Shown here: positions 26,233-38,190 of the stretch, piece after piece
Numbering within the stretch: position 1 is the first letter of the stretch
How the letters are laid out: each line of letters opens with the position of its first letter
From: Haliotis rubra
Taxonomy: Eukaryota
Reading direction: 5' to 3'
Length of the DNA: 64,000 bases
NCBI RefSeq assembly: GCF_003918875.1
Contig: NW_025767028.1
Span: 930,001-994,000, forward strand
Made by a program: the position numbers and the translations under genes
The notes under the pieces: model-generated
What the model saw: only the letters and a program-made list of their open reading frames with translations
Databases searched by the model: none
What the model was told of the DNA's origin: nothing

Positions 26233-29200
26233 TAGTGCAGTGCAGTGCAGTGCAGTGCAGTGCAGTGTAGTGCAGTGTAGCGCAGTGTAGTGTAGTGTAG
26301 TGCAGTGTAGTGCGGTGTAGTGTAGCGGTGCGGTNNNNNNNNNNNNNNNNNNNNNNNNNNNNNNNNNNNNNNNNNNNNNNNNNNNNNNNNNNNNNNNNNN
26401 NNNNNNNNNNNNNNNNNNNNNNNNNNNNNNNNNNNNNNNNNNNNNNNNNNNNNNNNNNNNNNNNNNNNNNNNNNNNNNNNNNNNNNNNNNNNNNNNNNNN
26501 NNNNNNNNNNNNNNNNNNNNNNNNNNNNNNNNNNNNNNNNNNNNNNNNNNNNNNNNNNNNNNNNNNNNNNNNNNNNNNNNNNNNNNNNNNNNNNNNNNNN
26601 NNNNNNNNNNNNNNNNNNNNNNNNNNNNNNNNNNNNNNNNNNNNNNNNNNNNNNNNNNNNNNNNNNNNNNNNNNNNNNNNNNGTGTAGTGTGTGTAGTGT
26701 AGTGTAGTGCAGTGTAGTGTAGTGTAGTGTAGTGCAGTGTGGTGTAGCGCAGTGTAGTGCAGTGTAGTGTAATGTAGTGTAGTGTAGTGTAGCGTAGCGC
26801 AGTGTAGCGCAGTGTAGTGTAGTGTAGAGTAGTGTAGTGTAGCGCAGTGCAGTGTAGTGTAGTGTAGTTTAGTTTAGTTTAGTGTAGTGTAGTGTAGTGT
26901 AGTGTATGAAGTGTNNNNNNNNNNNNNNNNNNNNNNNNNNNNNNNNNNNNNNNNNNNNNNNNNNNNNNNNNNNNNNNNNNNNNNNNNNNNNNNNNNNNNN
27001 NNNNNNNNNNNNNNNNNNNNNNNNNNNNNNNNNNNNNNNNNNNNNNNNNNNNNNNNNNNNNNNNNNNNNNNNNNNNNNNNNNNNNNNNNNNNNNNNNNNN
27101 NNNNNNNNNNNNNNNNNNNNNNNNNNNNNNNNNNNNNNNNNNNNNNNNNNNNNNNNNNNNNNNNNNNNNNNNNNNNNNNNNNNNNNNNNNNNNNNNNNNN
27201 CGTAGCGTAGCGCAGTGTAATGTATTGTATTGTATTGTAGTGTAGTGTAGTGTAGCGCAGTGTAGTGTAGTGTAGTTTAGTTTAGTTTAGTGTAGTGTAG
27301 CTGACGCAGCGCAGTGTAGTGCTGTGTAGTGTATTGTAGTGTAGTGTATTGTATTGTATTGTAGTGTAGCGCAGTGTAGTGTAGTGTAGTGTAGTTTAGT
27401 TTAGTGTAGTGTAGNNNNNNNNNNNNNNNNNNNNNNNNNNNNNNNNNNNNNNNNNNNNNNNNNNNNNNNNNNNNNNNNNNNNNNNNNNNNNNNNNNNNNN
27501 NNNNNNNNNNNNNNNNNNNNNNNNNNNNNNNNNNNNNNNNNNNNNNNNNNNNNNNNNNNNNNNNNNNNNNNNNNNNNNNNNNNNNNNNNNNNNNNNNNNN
27601 NNNNNNNNNNNNNNNNNNNNNNNNNNNNNNNNNNNNNNGTGTAGTGTAGTTTAGTGTAGAGTAGTGTAGTGTAGTTTAGTGTAGTGTAGCGCAGTGTAGT
27701 GCTGTGTAGTGTAGTATAGGGCACTGTAGTGCAGTGTAGTGTAGTTTAGTGTAGTGCAGTGCACTGTAGTGTAGTGTAGTGTATTGTAGTGTAGCGCAGT
27801 GTAGTGAAGTGTAGTGTAGTGTAATGTAGTGTAATGTAGTGTAATGTAGTGTAATGTAGTGCAGTGTAACACAGTGTAGTGTAACGTATTGTAGTGTAGT
27901 GTTGTAGTGCCAGTGTAGTGTAGTGTAGTGTAGTGTAGTGTAGCGCAGTGTAGTGTAGTGTAGCGCAGTGTAGTGCAGTGTAGTGTAGTGTAGTGTAGTG
28001 TCGCGCAGTGTAGTGCAGTGTAGTGTAGTGAAGTGTAGCGCAGTGTACTGTAGTCTCACGCAGTGCTGTGTAGTGCAGTGTAGTGTAGTGTTGCGCATTG
28101 TAGTGTAGTGATGCACAGTCTCGTGTAATGTAGCGCAGTGTAGTGTGATTTAGTGTAGCTTAGTGTGGCGCAGTGCAGTGGAGGTCAGAAGATTAAATCC
28201 CAGGACGGATCACGGAGCTCTTATGACCGCTACACATGCCTTAGTGTAGTGTAGTGTAGTGTAGTGTAGTGTAGTGTAGTGTAGTGTAGTGTAGTGTAGT
28301 GTAGCGCAGTGTAGTGTAGTGTAGTGTAGCGCAGTGTAGTGTAGTGTAATGTAGTGTAGTGTAGTGTAGCGCAGTGTAGTGTAATGTATTGTATTGTAGA
28401 GTTGGGGTGCGCAGTGTAGTGTAGTGTAGTTTAGGGTAGTGTAGTGTAGTGTAGCGCAGTGTAGNNNNNNNNNNNNNNNNNNNNNNNNNNNNNNNNNNNN
28501 NNNNNNNNNNNNNNNNNNNNNNNNNNNNNNNNNNNNNNNNNNNNNNNNNNNNNNNNNNNNNNNNNNNNNNNNNNNNNNNNNNNNNNNNNNNNNNNNNNNN
28601 NNNNNNNNNNNNNNNNNNNNNNNNGTGCAGTGTAGTGTAGTGTAGTGTAGTGTATGTAGTGTAGTGTAATGGAATGTAGTGTAGTGTAGCGCAGTGTAGT
28701 GTAATGTATTGTGGTGTAGTGTCGTAGTGCGCAGTGTAGTGTAGTGTAGTTTAGTGTAGTGTAGCGCAGTGTAGTGCTGTGTAGTGTAGTGTAGTGTAGT
28801 GCAGTGTAGTGTAGTGCTGTGTAGTGAAGCGTAGTGTGGTGTAGTGTAATGTAGTGTAATGTAGTGTAGTGTAGCGCAGTGTAGTGTAATGTATTGTATT
28901 GTAGTGTTGTAGTGCGCAGTGTAGTGTAGTGTAGTTTAGTGTAGTGTAGCGCAGTGTAGTGCCGTGTAGTGTAGTAGTGTAGCGCAGTGTAGTGTAGTGT
29001 AGTGTAGTGTAATGTAATGTAGTGTAGTGTAGCACAGTGTAGTGTTGCGCATTGTATTGTAGTGTAGTGTTGTGTTGTAGTGCGCAGTGTAGTGTAGTGT
29101 AGTGTAGCAGTGTAGTGTAGTGTAGTGTAGTGTAGTGCAGTGCAGTGTAGTGTAGTGTAGTGTCGCGCAGTGTAGTGCAGTGTAGTGTAGTGCAGTGTAG

Positions 29201-29427
29201 TGTAGTGTCGCGCAGCGTTGTGTAACGCAGTGTAGTGTAGTGTTGCGCAGTGTAGTGTAGTGTCGCGCAGTGTAGTGCAGTGTAGTGTAGTGTAGTGTAG
29301 TGTCGCGCAGCGTTGTGTAGCGCAGTGTAGTGTAGTGTTTCGCAGTGTAGTGTAGTGTTGCGCAGTCTCGTGTAATGTAGCGCAGTGTAGTGTGAATTAG
29401 TGTAGCTTAGTGTGGCGCAGTGCAGTG
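26233..29427. repeat. (GTAGT)n pentanucleotide microsatellite with four N gaps
   Basis: Direct reading. Confidence 0.95.
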
Positions 29428-29704
29428 GAGGTCAGAAGATTAAATCCCAGGACGGATCACGGAGCTCTTATGACCGCTACACATGCCTTAGCTAACACCC
29501 CCGCCTTAGTCGCCAGGTATGACAAGTGTTCTACCGACCAATTATAACCCCGGTGTTCACGAGGCTTGACGAATGTCTCTGAGTACGTTTTGAATACAGC
29601 AACAGAGAGTGGGTGATAACAGGCGTCGCCATTATTCTATACACCTGGAGCCCTGTCTTTATTGGTAGGAAGTGTTTGTTGATTACATAACGTTGTTTAC
29701 TTAC

Positions 29705-29755
29705 ACCTGTGTTAAATGTTCCGATTTCTTCAGGCCGCTGGCGCCATGCTTTGAC
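29705..29755 (-). CDS. Membrane-protein gene exon (SKHGASGLKKSEHLTQV)
   Basis: ttcttcAG acceptor, GTAAGT donor, 51 nt, phase 2-2. Confidence 0.75.
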
Positions 29756-30447
29756 CTGAAGAACACAAGTATACACACATGGGCACGGGGATGAGACGTC
29801 TGTGAAGAGTTACCTCCCCTGTTCGTGTCGTCAATCAGTAACTGTACCTTATGCTTGTATTAATGAAGTTTACAGGTTTCTCTGCCACGTTGTTTACCAG
29901 ATGGTAGTGAGGTGGGGCTTTCCTCATCTGCCGTAATATCAGTGAAACACTTCTTACAGAGTGATAAAACTCACCCACTCACCCATCCACTCACTTATTA
30001 ACTCACTCACTCACTTACCGTCCCACCCATCCACTCACTCACTCACTCACATATAGAAGTATAAGCCAGAAGCTACAGAAGTATAACAAACTTGGAACCT
30101 GGATAGGTGCCAAGACGATTCTACCGACATGTATACCAACGACAAACAACCCTCGTTTATTGTTTACCACGAGAGTTCACGATTTAAAACGAGAGCGCTA
30201 AGGAAAACAACGTGTATTTTGCATTATGTGCATAAACATTTTGCGTTTTCAGATTCGATTGATACTTTTATCTGTGTGCTGAATATTCTATATTTGAAAC
30301 CTCTGAATCCGGGCATCAAACATTCAGTAATACCAGCTAATCTGAACACACAAAGAGTGCACCTTCCGAATAACTGAACTGATAGTTGGCGTTGATCTAT
30401 AGAATCTGCTGTGCGAGTCACGGCTGAAGAAATGTAATGTATGTTAC

Positions 30448-30634
30448 CCGCAACACACGCCCTTCCTCCACCAAGGGCAGAGGAGACAGAAGATGAAGAA
30501 CATGAGGAAGAGGAAGAAGGCTAGAGCCAGGAGAATGGCGGCCAAGATGGCAGTCTCGTCACGCGACAGGCCAGCCAGAGGTACCAGACCCATCCCGTGG
30601 ACGTGAGGCACGTGGCGAAGTCCATTGACTGCAA
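30448..30634 (-). CDS. Membrane-protein gene, transmembrane exon (AVNGLRH...AILAAILLALAFFLFLMFFIFCLLCPWWRKGVCCG)
   Basis: ctcttcttgcAG acceptor, GTAACA donor, phase 1-2. About 25-residue hydrophobic helix followed by RK and a Cys cluster. This frame is absent from the ORF track. Confidence 0.85.
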
Positions 30635-31082
30635 CTGCAAGAAGAGACAGTCATATTCGTTGTTATGCAAAATATTGAAGTTATCTTTGATACCGATGTT
30701 CGCCTTAAAAAGTAAGTACAGCAAGTAGCAGGTAAATGTGATAGAGCTAATGTACCAAAAATCTCCCTCAAAATTCAATTTATTGTAAGGTCATTTGTAC
30801 ATATTGACCCGATGGTGACACGTGTTTTGTTTGGTTGTTTGTTATGAATATACCTGCTGTTAGACGTCCGTGTGTAAGTACTCGAGCTAACTAATGTTTC
30901 TGAATATACAGTATATAAAAAGCAATCCTTCTACATTAAAAAGGAGCCCCATTGAGAAGGGAGAATCAGTACATGATGAAATCTAGACTTGCCGCATGTA
31001 TGGCTTTACAATGGGAGAAAGGTCTAGACAGAAGGGACAATAATGCGGTTCAAGGACAGTGATCAAACTACTTATCCGGATC

Positions 31083-31213
31083 AGACATATCCGACACTTC
31101 ACTAGCCCTTTGGACAGACATATCCGACACTTCACTAGCCCTTTGGACAGACATATCCGACACTTCACTAGCCCTTTGGACAGACATATCCGACACTTCA
31201 CTAGCCCTTTGGA
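31083..31213. repeat. 33-bp tandem repeat, 4 copies
   Basis: gacatatccgacacttcactagccctttggaca. Confidence 0.9.
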
Positions 31214-31379
31214 TTGAAGTTTTTTCGAGTAAAACAAAATTGGCATATGGCATTTGTTATTCTTTGCTATTTGATAAATAATGTTTAGACCAATCAAACG
31301 TTTAGACTCAATTCAAGCACCCACTATGTTATGTATATATATACGCACAAAATGTCCAAAATAGTACAGGTGTTCAGTC

Positions 31380-31740
31380 AAAAATATTGCATAGATAAAT
31401 AAAAACAGAATGCCTTTTTCTCCAACATGTTTCGTTCTTTACTCTTCAGGGAGATTGTAACGGTTACAGTATGACGTCATTACATATATATATTGTGACG
31501 ACACAATAGGGACAACATTCTAGAGCGACAAGGTCACAGCTTGCAATGGTTTAACATTGGTTTGAACTTGTTTATGAAGTAGTGTTCTTTTAAAGTTCGT
31601 TTTACTTTGTCCGAATTTTGAATTTGATAAAAAGCAAATATTGTAAATTAAACATCGCTTCCTTTCGCATTTAACATCTTTTCCTTTTAACGATGTTAAA
31701 TTTACAATATTTCCTTTTTATCAAGTTCAAAATTCGGACA
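31380..31740 (-). mobile_element. Penelope-like 3' fragment with inverted 5' piece
   Basis: FTIFAFYQ...KEHYFINKFKPMLN..* (31534-31646), downstream hammerhead, 50-bp inverted repeat 31608-31657 / 31691-31740. Confidence 0.7.
31420..31453 (-). ncRNA. Minimal type I hammerhead ribozyme motif
   Basis: CUCC-CUGAAGA-G(UAAAGAA)C-GAAACAUGUU-GGAG: 4-bp stem I, canonical core, palindromic stem III. Confidence 0.65.
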
Positions 31741-32204
31741 TATATATATAACATATATATGTTACATTGAACATGAATATCTCCACTAATTTGGGGGAAA
31801 CAACTGCAAACTGCAGATAGATTGCACGATGATCATGCATCAAATTACTGAAAGCATGTGCAGATATCGTGCATGTGAACAGCTGGGTTTTGGTGTAAGG
31901 TTTTGTTAAGAATTCGCCAATTTTCACTGAGTTTCATCGCTTATTGAACTCTTGACAATAATATTTTCAACGTTACGATTCTGTTTTACAATACAAGACG
32001 TAGGGGGAACAGAATCTTAACCCACATTTTGTGATTTTCTGAGATATCTATTTTAGTGGGTTGCCAGACCATGAGGAATCATCTGAAATCTAGTTACCTC
32101 CCCTATCTCTACCAGTTTGTTCATTGCATCATCTCCCTAAATAAATATCACAATCCACATTCCCAGAGACCAATTTCAGAAAGAAAGTAATAACCCACAA
32201 AAAC

Positions 32205-33814
32205 ATGGCGGAGCACATGTTCACGGATCAGGAAGTTTTAGATCAATTGTGAGCAAACACAGAGGATGACGACAGCACTGCAGATCCAACATTTGTAGAA
32301 TCTGATAGGGAACATGATGTCAGCACTTCTGATTTGGTGAGTTTTAATTTCTTTGTGATTGTGACATTTTTTATGTCTTTTGTTGGTTATCATGTTGTTT
32401 CCCAAACACCTATTTCACAAGCCCTCACAACCCTCATGTTGTATAACGTGGAAACAGTCTAATACTGACAGACTATTTTAATGAGAAATGTAAGTGGTCT
32501 AAATAATAATCCATATTTTAAGTGTATGGTTTGTTTTCCAAAAGAGAAGGCCATAGAAAAAGATCTCAATAGGGTTATCACATTCTTTGTGAAATGAAAG
32601 TAAGGCATGCTGTGGGGTACGATGCATCGGAATATCAATGGAAATTTTAAATTAAAGGTACTGAATGAGGTTTTTAATGTTGACATTTGTTTTCTTTTAT
32701 AGATAACCCTGATAGATCTGCCTGAAGAAATAATAGTCAGAATCTTGGAATATGTTGAAGTGGAGGACTTAATCACATCTATCACCCTTGTCTGCAAAAC
32801 ACTTTACAATATTGTCCATGGAAACAGTATTCTCTGGAGCAAGATAGAAGAATTTTCCGTTGATTTTTTCCAATTCAAAATGAACCACCTACAAAACATT
32901 ATGAGTCATTCAGCATGTTTTAGATACTTTGAGGTACCATATGCTGACGATCTGTTTTCATCCACCTGTGCAAGTGATATGTTGTGTGAGTGTGAGTGAG
33001 TTAAGATTTAGAGTCACATCGGCAATATTTCAGCCGTATCGTGACTAAATCAAGATATAAATATAGTAAGAATTAAAGGTAAATTATAAAATTCTGTCAC
33101 CGAAGGACAGTAAAACAACTAGATTATCACAGATATAAATATAAAACTAGTAACTTAATCTAAAATATTTTAACTATACATGGCAATACAATATAAAAAC
33201 AGGCTAGAGATTGCTAACGACTAAAGGTAGATCACCATACTAGGGACCATGGGGACTTACAGTACATTTGCTTCCTGCATGGGCCCTAGCTGGATTTACA
33301 CCATCCCCTCAGCCGTTAGCAATTTAGACACATCTAGATATGTTGTGTGAAAACCATGTCCCTCATCATGTCCAGTTTGTTTACACTTCTGAACACTGGA
33401 GAGAAGTCATCAGACAGTCATCCCCAAAGCTTCAAGTGAATGAGATGTCATCAAAAGAGTTCTACAGACTGAGTGACCTCAGAGAAATGTTCACTGTGAG
33501 AACAAAAGCAGCAGACGGGTCCCATTTGAGGTTCAAGGATGTAGTTCGGTTCAAAATGGAGTCTGGTGAGAACGTCGGTATGATTGAGACCAGCACCTCC
33601 TTCAACTCTGATCTGTGGACTGCCATATCCGTTAAAAAACGTGGAGCACAAAAGGACATCAGTGCATTTCAATTCAAAAACAAATATTTGGCTCCAAGGA
33701 AAATTGACAAAGCAAAACATGCTGCCCTACATACCCCCAGTCCAGCACCTGTTCTACATGTCTCTGAAGGAAGCCTCAAAGGGTCAAGACACTGAGGACG
33801 TTCTCTATGCATAG
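32205..33814 (+). pseudogene. Disrupted spliced F-box/transposase-fragment fusion gene
   Basis: Exon 32205-32336 (aaaacATGg, in-frame TGA at 32250, GTGAGT donor); exon from 32703 (LIDLPEEIIVRILEYVEVEDLITSITLVCKTLYNIV..ILW); interrupted by an insertion at 32990-33336; frameshift near 33725. Confidence 0.7.
32990..33336 (-). mobile_element. 5'-truncated non-LTR retroelement 3' fragment
   Basis: 14-bp TSD GATATGTTGTGTGA (32976-32989, 33337-33350); ends in aatattgcc...aactcactcac, resembling the SINE tails. Confidence 0.75.
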
Positions 33815-33815
33815 A

Positions 33816-33959
33816 ATGAAGAGTTCAGCTATTCTTACAATCTTGGGATATTTTGAAATTGGGGATTTAATTAAGTATGCCACCCCTGTCTGTGAAAGAC
33901 TTCACAGTATTGTTCATGTTACTGAGTTTGAAGAGTTTCAACTACAAATCAAAGATTGA
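33816..33959 (+). pseudogene. Second, truncated F-box-like segment
   Basis: ILTILGYFEIGDLIKYATPVCERLHSIVH aligns without gaps to the first F-box at protein and DNA level. Confidence 0.6.
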
Positions 33960-34734
33960 TTTTCACAATGTTAAGTACAAGTTTACTGGGTTTTGAATGT
34001 TGAAGTCTTCAAAATTGTTGACTTTTAATCTTGAAGGTTTGATTCTCTAGCAAACTTGACAGTAAAGGATTAGTGTTTTGGGCAGTACACTGATTCCACT
34101 GTGCATATGGTATGTGTGAGATGAAACTGAATCAGTTTGGTCACAAACACTTCAAGGTATGAGCTTGGATAGTCTGGCATTTCTATACATCATTTCGTTG
34201 AAGGGAAAATTGTTTTAATTTATTTGTTATATGAATTTTGAACAAATATAAATATATTTTTAATTCTGTCAACCGTGTTTTGTTGTTTCTAGTAGGCACG
34301 TGATCAAGTAAATCTGATAATTTTAGAAAGACAATGACAACACTATTTCAGAAAAAACGTAATAATCCACACAGTCGTCAGAGGTGGTGTAATTTCAAAT
34401 GTCTTCAAAACAACTTACTGTGGTTATATATGGCCAAATATTTGTCATTTGGAAAGGACATGGATCAACTACCAAATAAATACAAATTTGTGCGATAATA
34501 ATAACTTAGGGATTTATCAACTGAATTAAATAAATCAAATGCGTTTTTCTCGAAATAACAGTAGTGTGGGTTATGGTTATGTTCTCCTGGGGTCTTCAAT
34601 ACATCAGTTCATGTGTAACAACACATTTAAACGGTATGAAACATTGTGCAAAATCTACTTTAGAACCGTTGACTGAAGTAAGTGGCTACATTTACACTAG
34701 TGAGTCTAAACTTTTGATTGGTAATATACATAGA

Positions 34735-35308
34735 GTGGCTAGCTAGTAGAGGCTAGCACCCCTAGTACAGTGGCTAGCTAGTAGAGGCTAGCACCCCTAG
34801 TACAGTGGCTAGCTAGTAGAGGCTAGCACCCCTAGTACAGTGGCTAGCTAGTAGAGGCTAGCACCCCTAGTACAGTGGCTAGCTAGTAGAGGCTAGCACC
34901 CCTAGTACAGTGGCTAGCTAGTACAGTGGGGGCTAGTAGAGGCTAGCACCCCTAGTACACAGCTAGTGGCTAGCTAGTGGGGCCAGCTAGAGCACCCCTA
35001 GTACAGTGGCTAGCTAGTAGAGGCTAGCACCCTAGCACCCCTAGTACAGTGGCTAGCTAGCTAGCTAGGAGGCCAGCACCCCTAGAGGCTAGCACCCTAG
35101 TACAGTGGCTAGCTAGTAGAGGCTAGCACCCCTAGTACAGTGGCTAGCTAGTAGAGGCTAGCACCCCTAGTACAGTGGCTAGCTAGTAGAGGCTAGCACC
35201 CCTAGTACAGTGGCTAGCTAGTAGAGGCTAGCACCCCTAGTACAGTGGCTAGCTAGTAGAGGCTAGCACCCCTAGTACAGTGGCTAGCTAGTAGAGGCTA
35301 GCACCCCT
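34735..35308. repeat. 35-bp CTAG-rich minisatellite (one more unit at 37242-37272)
   Basis: agtggctagctagtagaggctagcacccctagtac. Confidence 0.9.
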
Positions 35309-35309
35309 T

Positions 35310-37160
35310 ACATACCCCCCAGTGCAGCACCTGTTCTACACATACCCCCAGTCCAGCACCTGTTCTACATACCCCCAGTCCAGCACCTGTTCTACATACC
35401 CCCAGTCCAGCACCTGTTCTACATACCCCCAGTCCAGCACCTGTTCTACATACTCCCCAGTCCAGCACCTGTTCTACATACCCCCAGTGCAGCACCTGTT
35501 CTACACATGCCCCCAGTCCAGCACCTGTTCTACATACCCCCAGTCCAGCACCTGTTCTACATACCCCCAGTCCAGCACCTGTTCTACATGCCCCAGTCCA
35601 GCACCTGTTCTACATAGCCCCAGACCAGCACCTGTTCTATATATACCCCAGTCCAGCACCTGTTCTACATATAGCCCCCAGTCCAGCACCTGTTCTACAT
35701 ACCCCCCAGTCCCAGCACCTGTTCCTACATACCCCCAGTCCAGCACCTGTTCTACATACCCCCAGTCCAGCACCTGTTCTACATGTACCCCCAGTCCAGC
35801 ACCTGTTCTACATACCCCAGTCCAGCACCTGTTCTCACATACCCCAGTCCAGCACCTGTTCTACATGCCCCTCAGTCCAACACCCTTGTTCTACATACCC
35901 CCAGTCCAGCACCTGTTCTACATGTCTCTGAAGGCTGCCCTACATACCCCCAGTCCAGCATCTGTTCTATTATAGCCCCAGTCCAGCACCTGGTCTACAT
36001 ACCCCAGTCCAACACCTGTTCTACATATCCCCAGTCCAGCACCTGTTCTACATACCTCAGTCCAGCACCTGTTCTACATACCCCCAGTCCAGCACCTGTT
36101 CTCATACATAGCCCCAGTCCAGCACCTGTTCTACATACCCCCAGTCCAGCACCTGTTCTACATGCCCCCCAGTCCAACACCTGTTCTACATACCCCAGTC
36201 CAGCAACACCTGTTCTACATATACCCCAGTCCAGCACCTGTTCTACATACTCCCCCAGTCCAGCACCTGTTCTACATACCCCAGTCCAGCACCTGTTCTA
36301 CATGCCCCCCAGTCCAACACCTGTCTCTACATACCCCCAGTCCAGCACCTGTTCTACATACCCCAGTCCAGCACCTGTTCTACATACCCCAGTCCAGCAC
36401 CTGTTCTACATACCCCCAGTCCAGCACCTGTTCTACATACCCCCAGTCCAGCACCTGTTCTACATACCCCCAGTCCAGCACCTGTTCTACATACCCCCAG
36501 TCCAGCACCTGTTCTACATACCCCCAGTCCAACACCTGTTCTACATACCCCAGTCCAGCACCTGTTCTACATACCCCAGTCCAGCACCTGTTCTACATAC
36601 CCCCAGTCCAGCACCTGTTCTACATACCCCCAGTCCAGCACCTGTTCTACATGCCCCCAGTCCAACACCTGTTCTACATACCCCCAGTCCAGCACCTGTT
36701 CTACATACCCCCAGTCCAGCACCTGTTCTACACATACCCCCAGTCCAGCACCTGTTCTACATGGGCCCCCCAGTCCAGCACCTGTTCTACATACCCCCAG
36801 TCCAGCACCTGTTCTACTATACCCCAGTCCAGCACCTGTTCTACATACCCCAGTCCAGCACCTATTCTACATACCCCAGTCCAGCACCTGTTCTACATAC
36901 CCCCAGTCCAGCACCTGTTCTACATATACCCCTGATCAGCACCTGTTCTACATACCCCCAGTCTGCCCCATGTCCAACACCTGTTCTACATACCCCAGTC
37001 CAGCACCTGCATGCCCCTGCAGCACCTGTTACATACCCCAGTCCAGCACCTGTTCTACACATACCCCCAGTCCAGCACCTGTTCTCAGTCCATACCCCTG
37101 TTCTGCATGCCCCAGTCCAGCACCTGTTCTACATACCCCCAGTCCAGCACCTGTTCCAGC
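35310..37160. repeat. 25-27-bp minisatellite derived from transposase coding sequence
   Basis: cccccagtccagcacctgttctacata, identical to 33728-33759. Confidence 0.9.
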
Positions 37161-38033
37161 ACCAGGGGGCATTTAATTAAGTATGCCACCCTCTGTTCAG
37201 AAAGACTTTACAGTATTGTTCATGTTACTGAGTTTGAAGAATAGCTAGTAGAGGCTAGCACCCCTAGTACAGCTTTGGCGTTTGTGTCGATCCTAGCTAG
37301 TAGAGGGCTAGAACGGTGATAGTCGTCATAAGCATCGATCTACGCAATTTGTGATATGACGACAGGCATGAAGCAAGTCGACGGGTCTGGCCACGCACTT
37401 CCGTTAAACCAGTTGTAACCTGGAGCTTCATAGAGGCTTGTGATGGGACGGGACGGTGATTGATGGCTACGTGCATCTGAATCAGACCCCACCGCCAATC
37501 ACGTGGAGGTGTGTCAGCGAGCCTCCCATGACACGCACCTGTAGGACGTCACAGCTAATGCTTTAACCAATCGTACATCTTACTATCTCTCCACTCGAAC
37601 AACATTTGTGTACTGAATAATGAGTAACACATTAAACTAGTCATACCGGTTAAATACGCAGCATGTATAACTCGAGACAAAAAAAAAGTTACGTTGAAAA
37701 AATTGTTATATTTTTCTCAGAATTGAGCAGGGGGGAGCAAGCTAAGAATATATTACTGTATTATGTGACGCATTTACAAAACTCAAACATTAATTAATAT
37801 ATAACGTGATTCTAATACGCCAAGCGACTTCATAAGGGATATCACTTGATGATAATGAGCGAGTTACATCCTGGTTCTAATATACTTCCCAGAACCTTCT
37901 CCCGTAAGTAACCGACTTGAGAGGTGACAGGTCAGCATTAACCACCTGTAATGTCCAGCGTGTTACTGTTCGACAAAACACAGTCAACAAAATACCGAAT
38001 CTGACGATCACATCCATTTTCATGTAAAAGGAC

Positions 38034-38190
38034 ACGGTTGCCTAGTGATTAAAACGTTCGCTCGTCATGCCGAAGACCCAGGTTCGATTCCCTTCTTGGG
38101 TACGTGTGAAGCCCATTTCTGGTTTCCATCATAGTGATATTGTTGAAATATTGCTATAAGCGGCGTAAAGACATACTCACTCACTCACTC
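38034..38190 (+). mobile_element. tRNA-derived SINE, family B
   Basis: A/B boxes and shared tail. Confidence 0.8.

Larger units (their letters stand above)
31994..34597 (+). mobile_element. Non-autonomous Sola-like DNA transposon carrying F-box sequences
   Basis: 4-bp TSD AATA (31990-31993, 34598-34601); imperfect TIRs (aagac..g.gaaca.aa.c.taacccaca); internal taa(c/t)ccaca repeats; transposase C-terminal-like peptide VYTSEHWREVI...Y..PRKI...YIPPVQHLFY. Confidence 0.7.

Noticed and set aside
35298-37244. Pro/Ser-rich extensin-like ORFs
   Set aside because: Minisatellite with frequent frame-breaking indels; only the source monomer at 33728 was coding.
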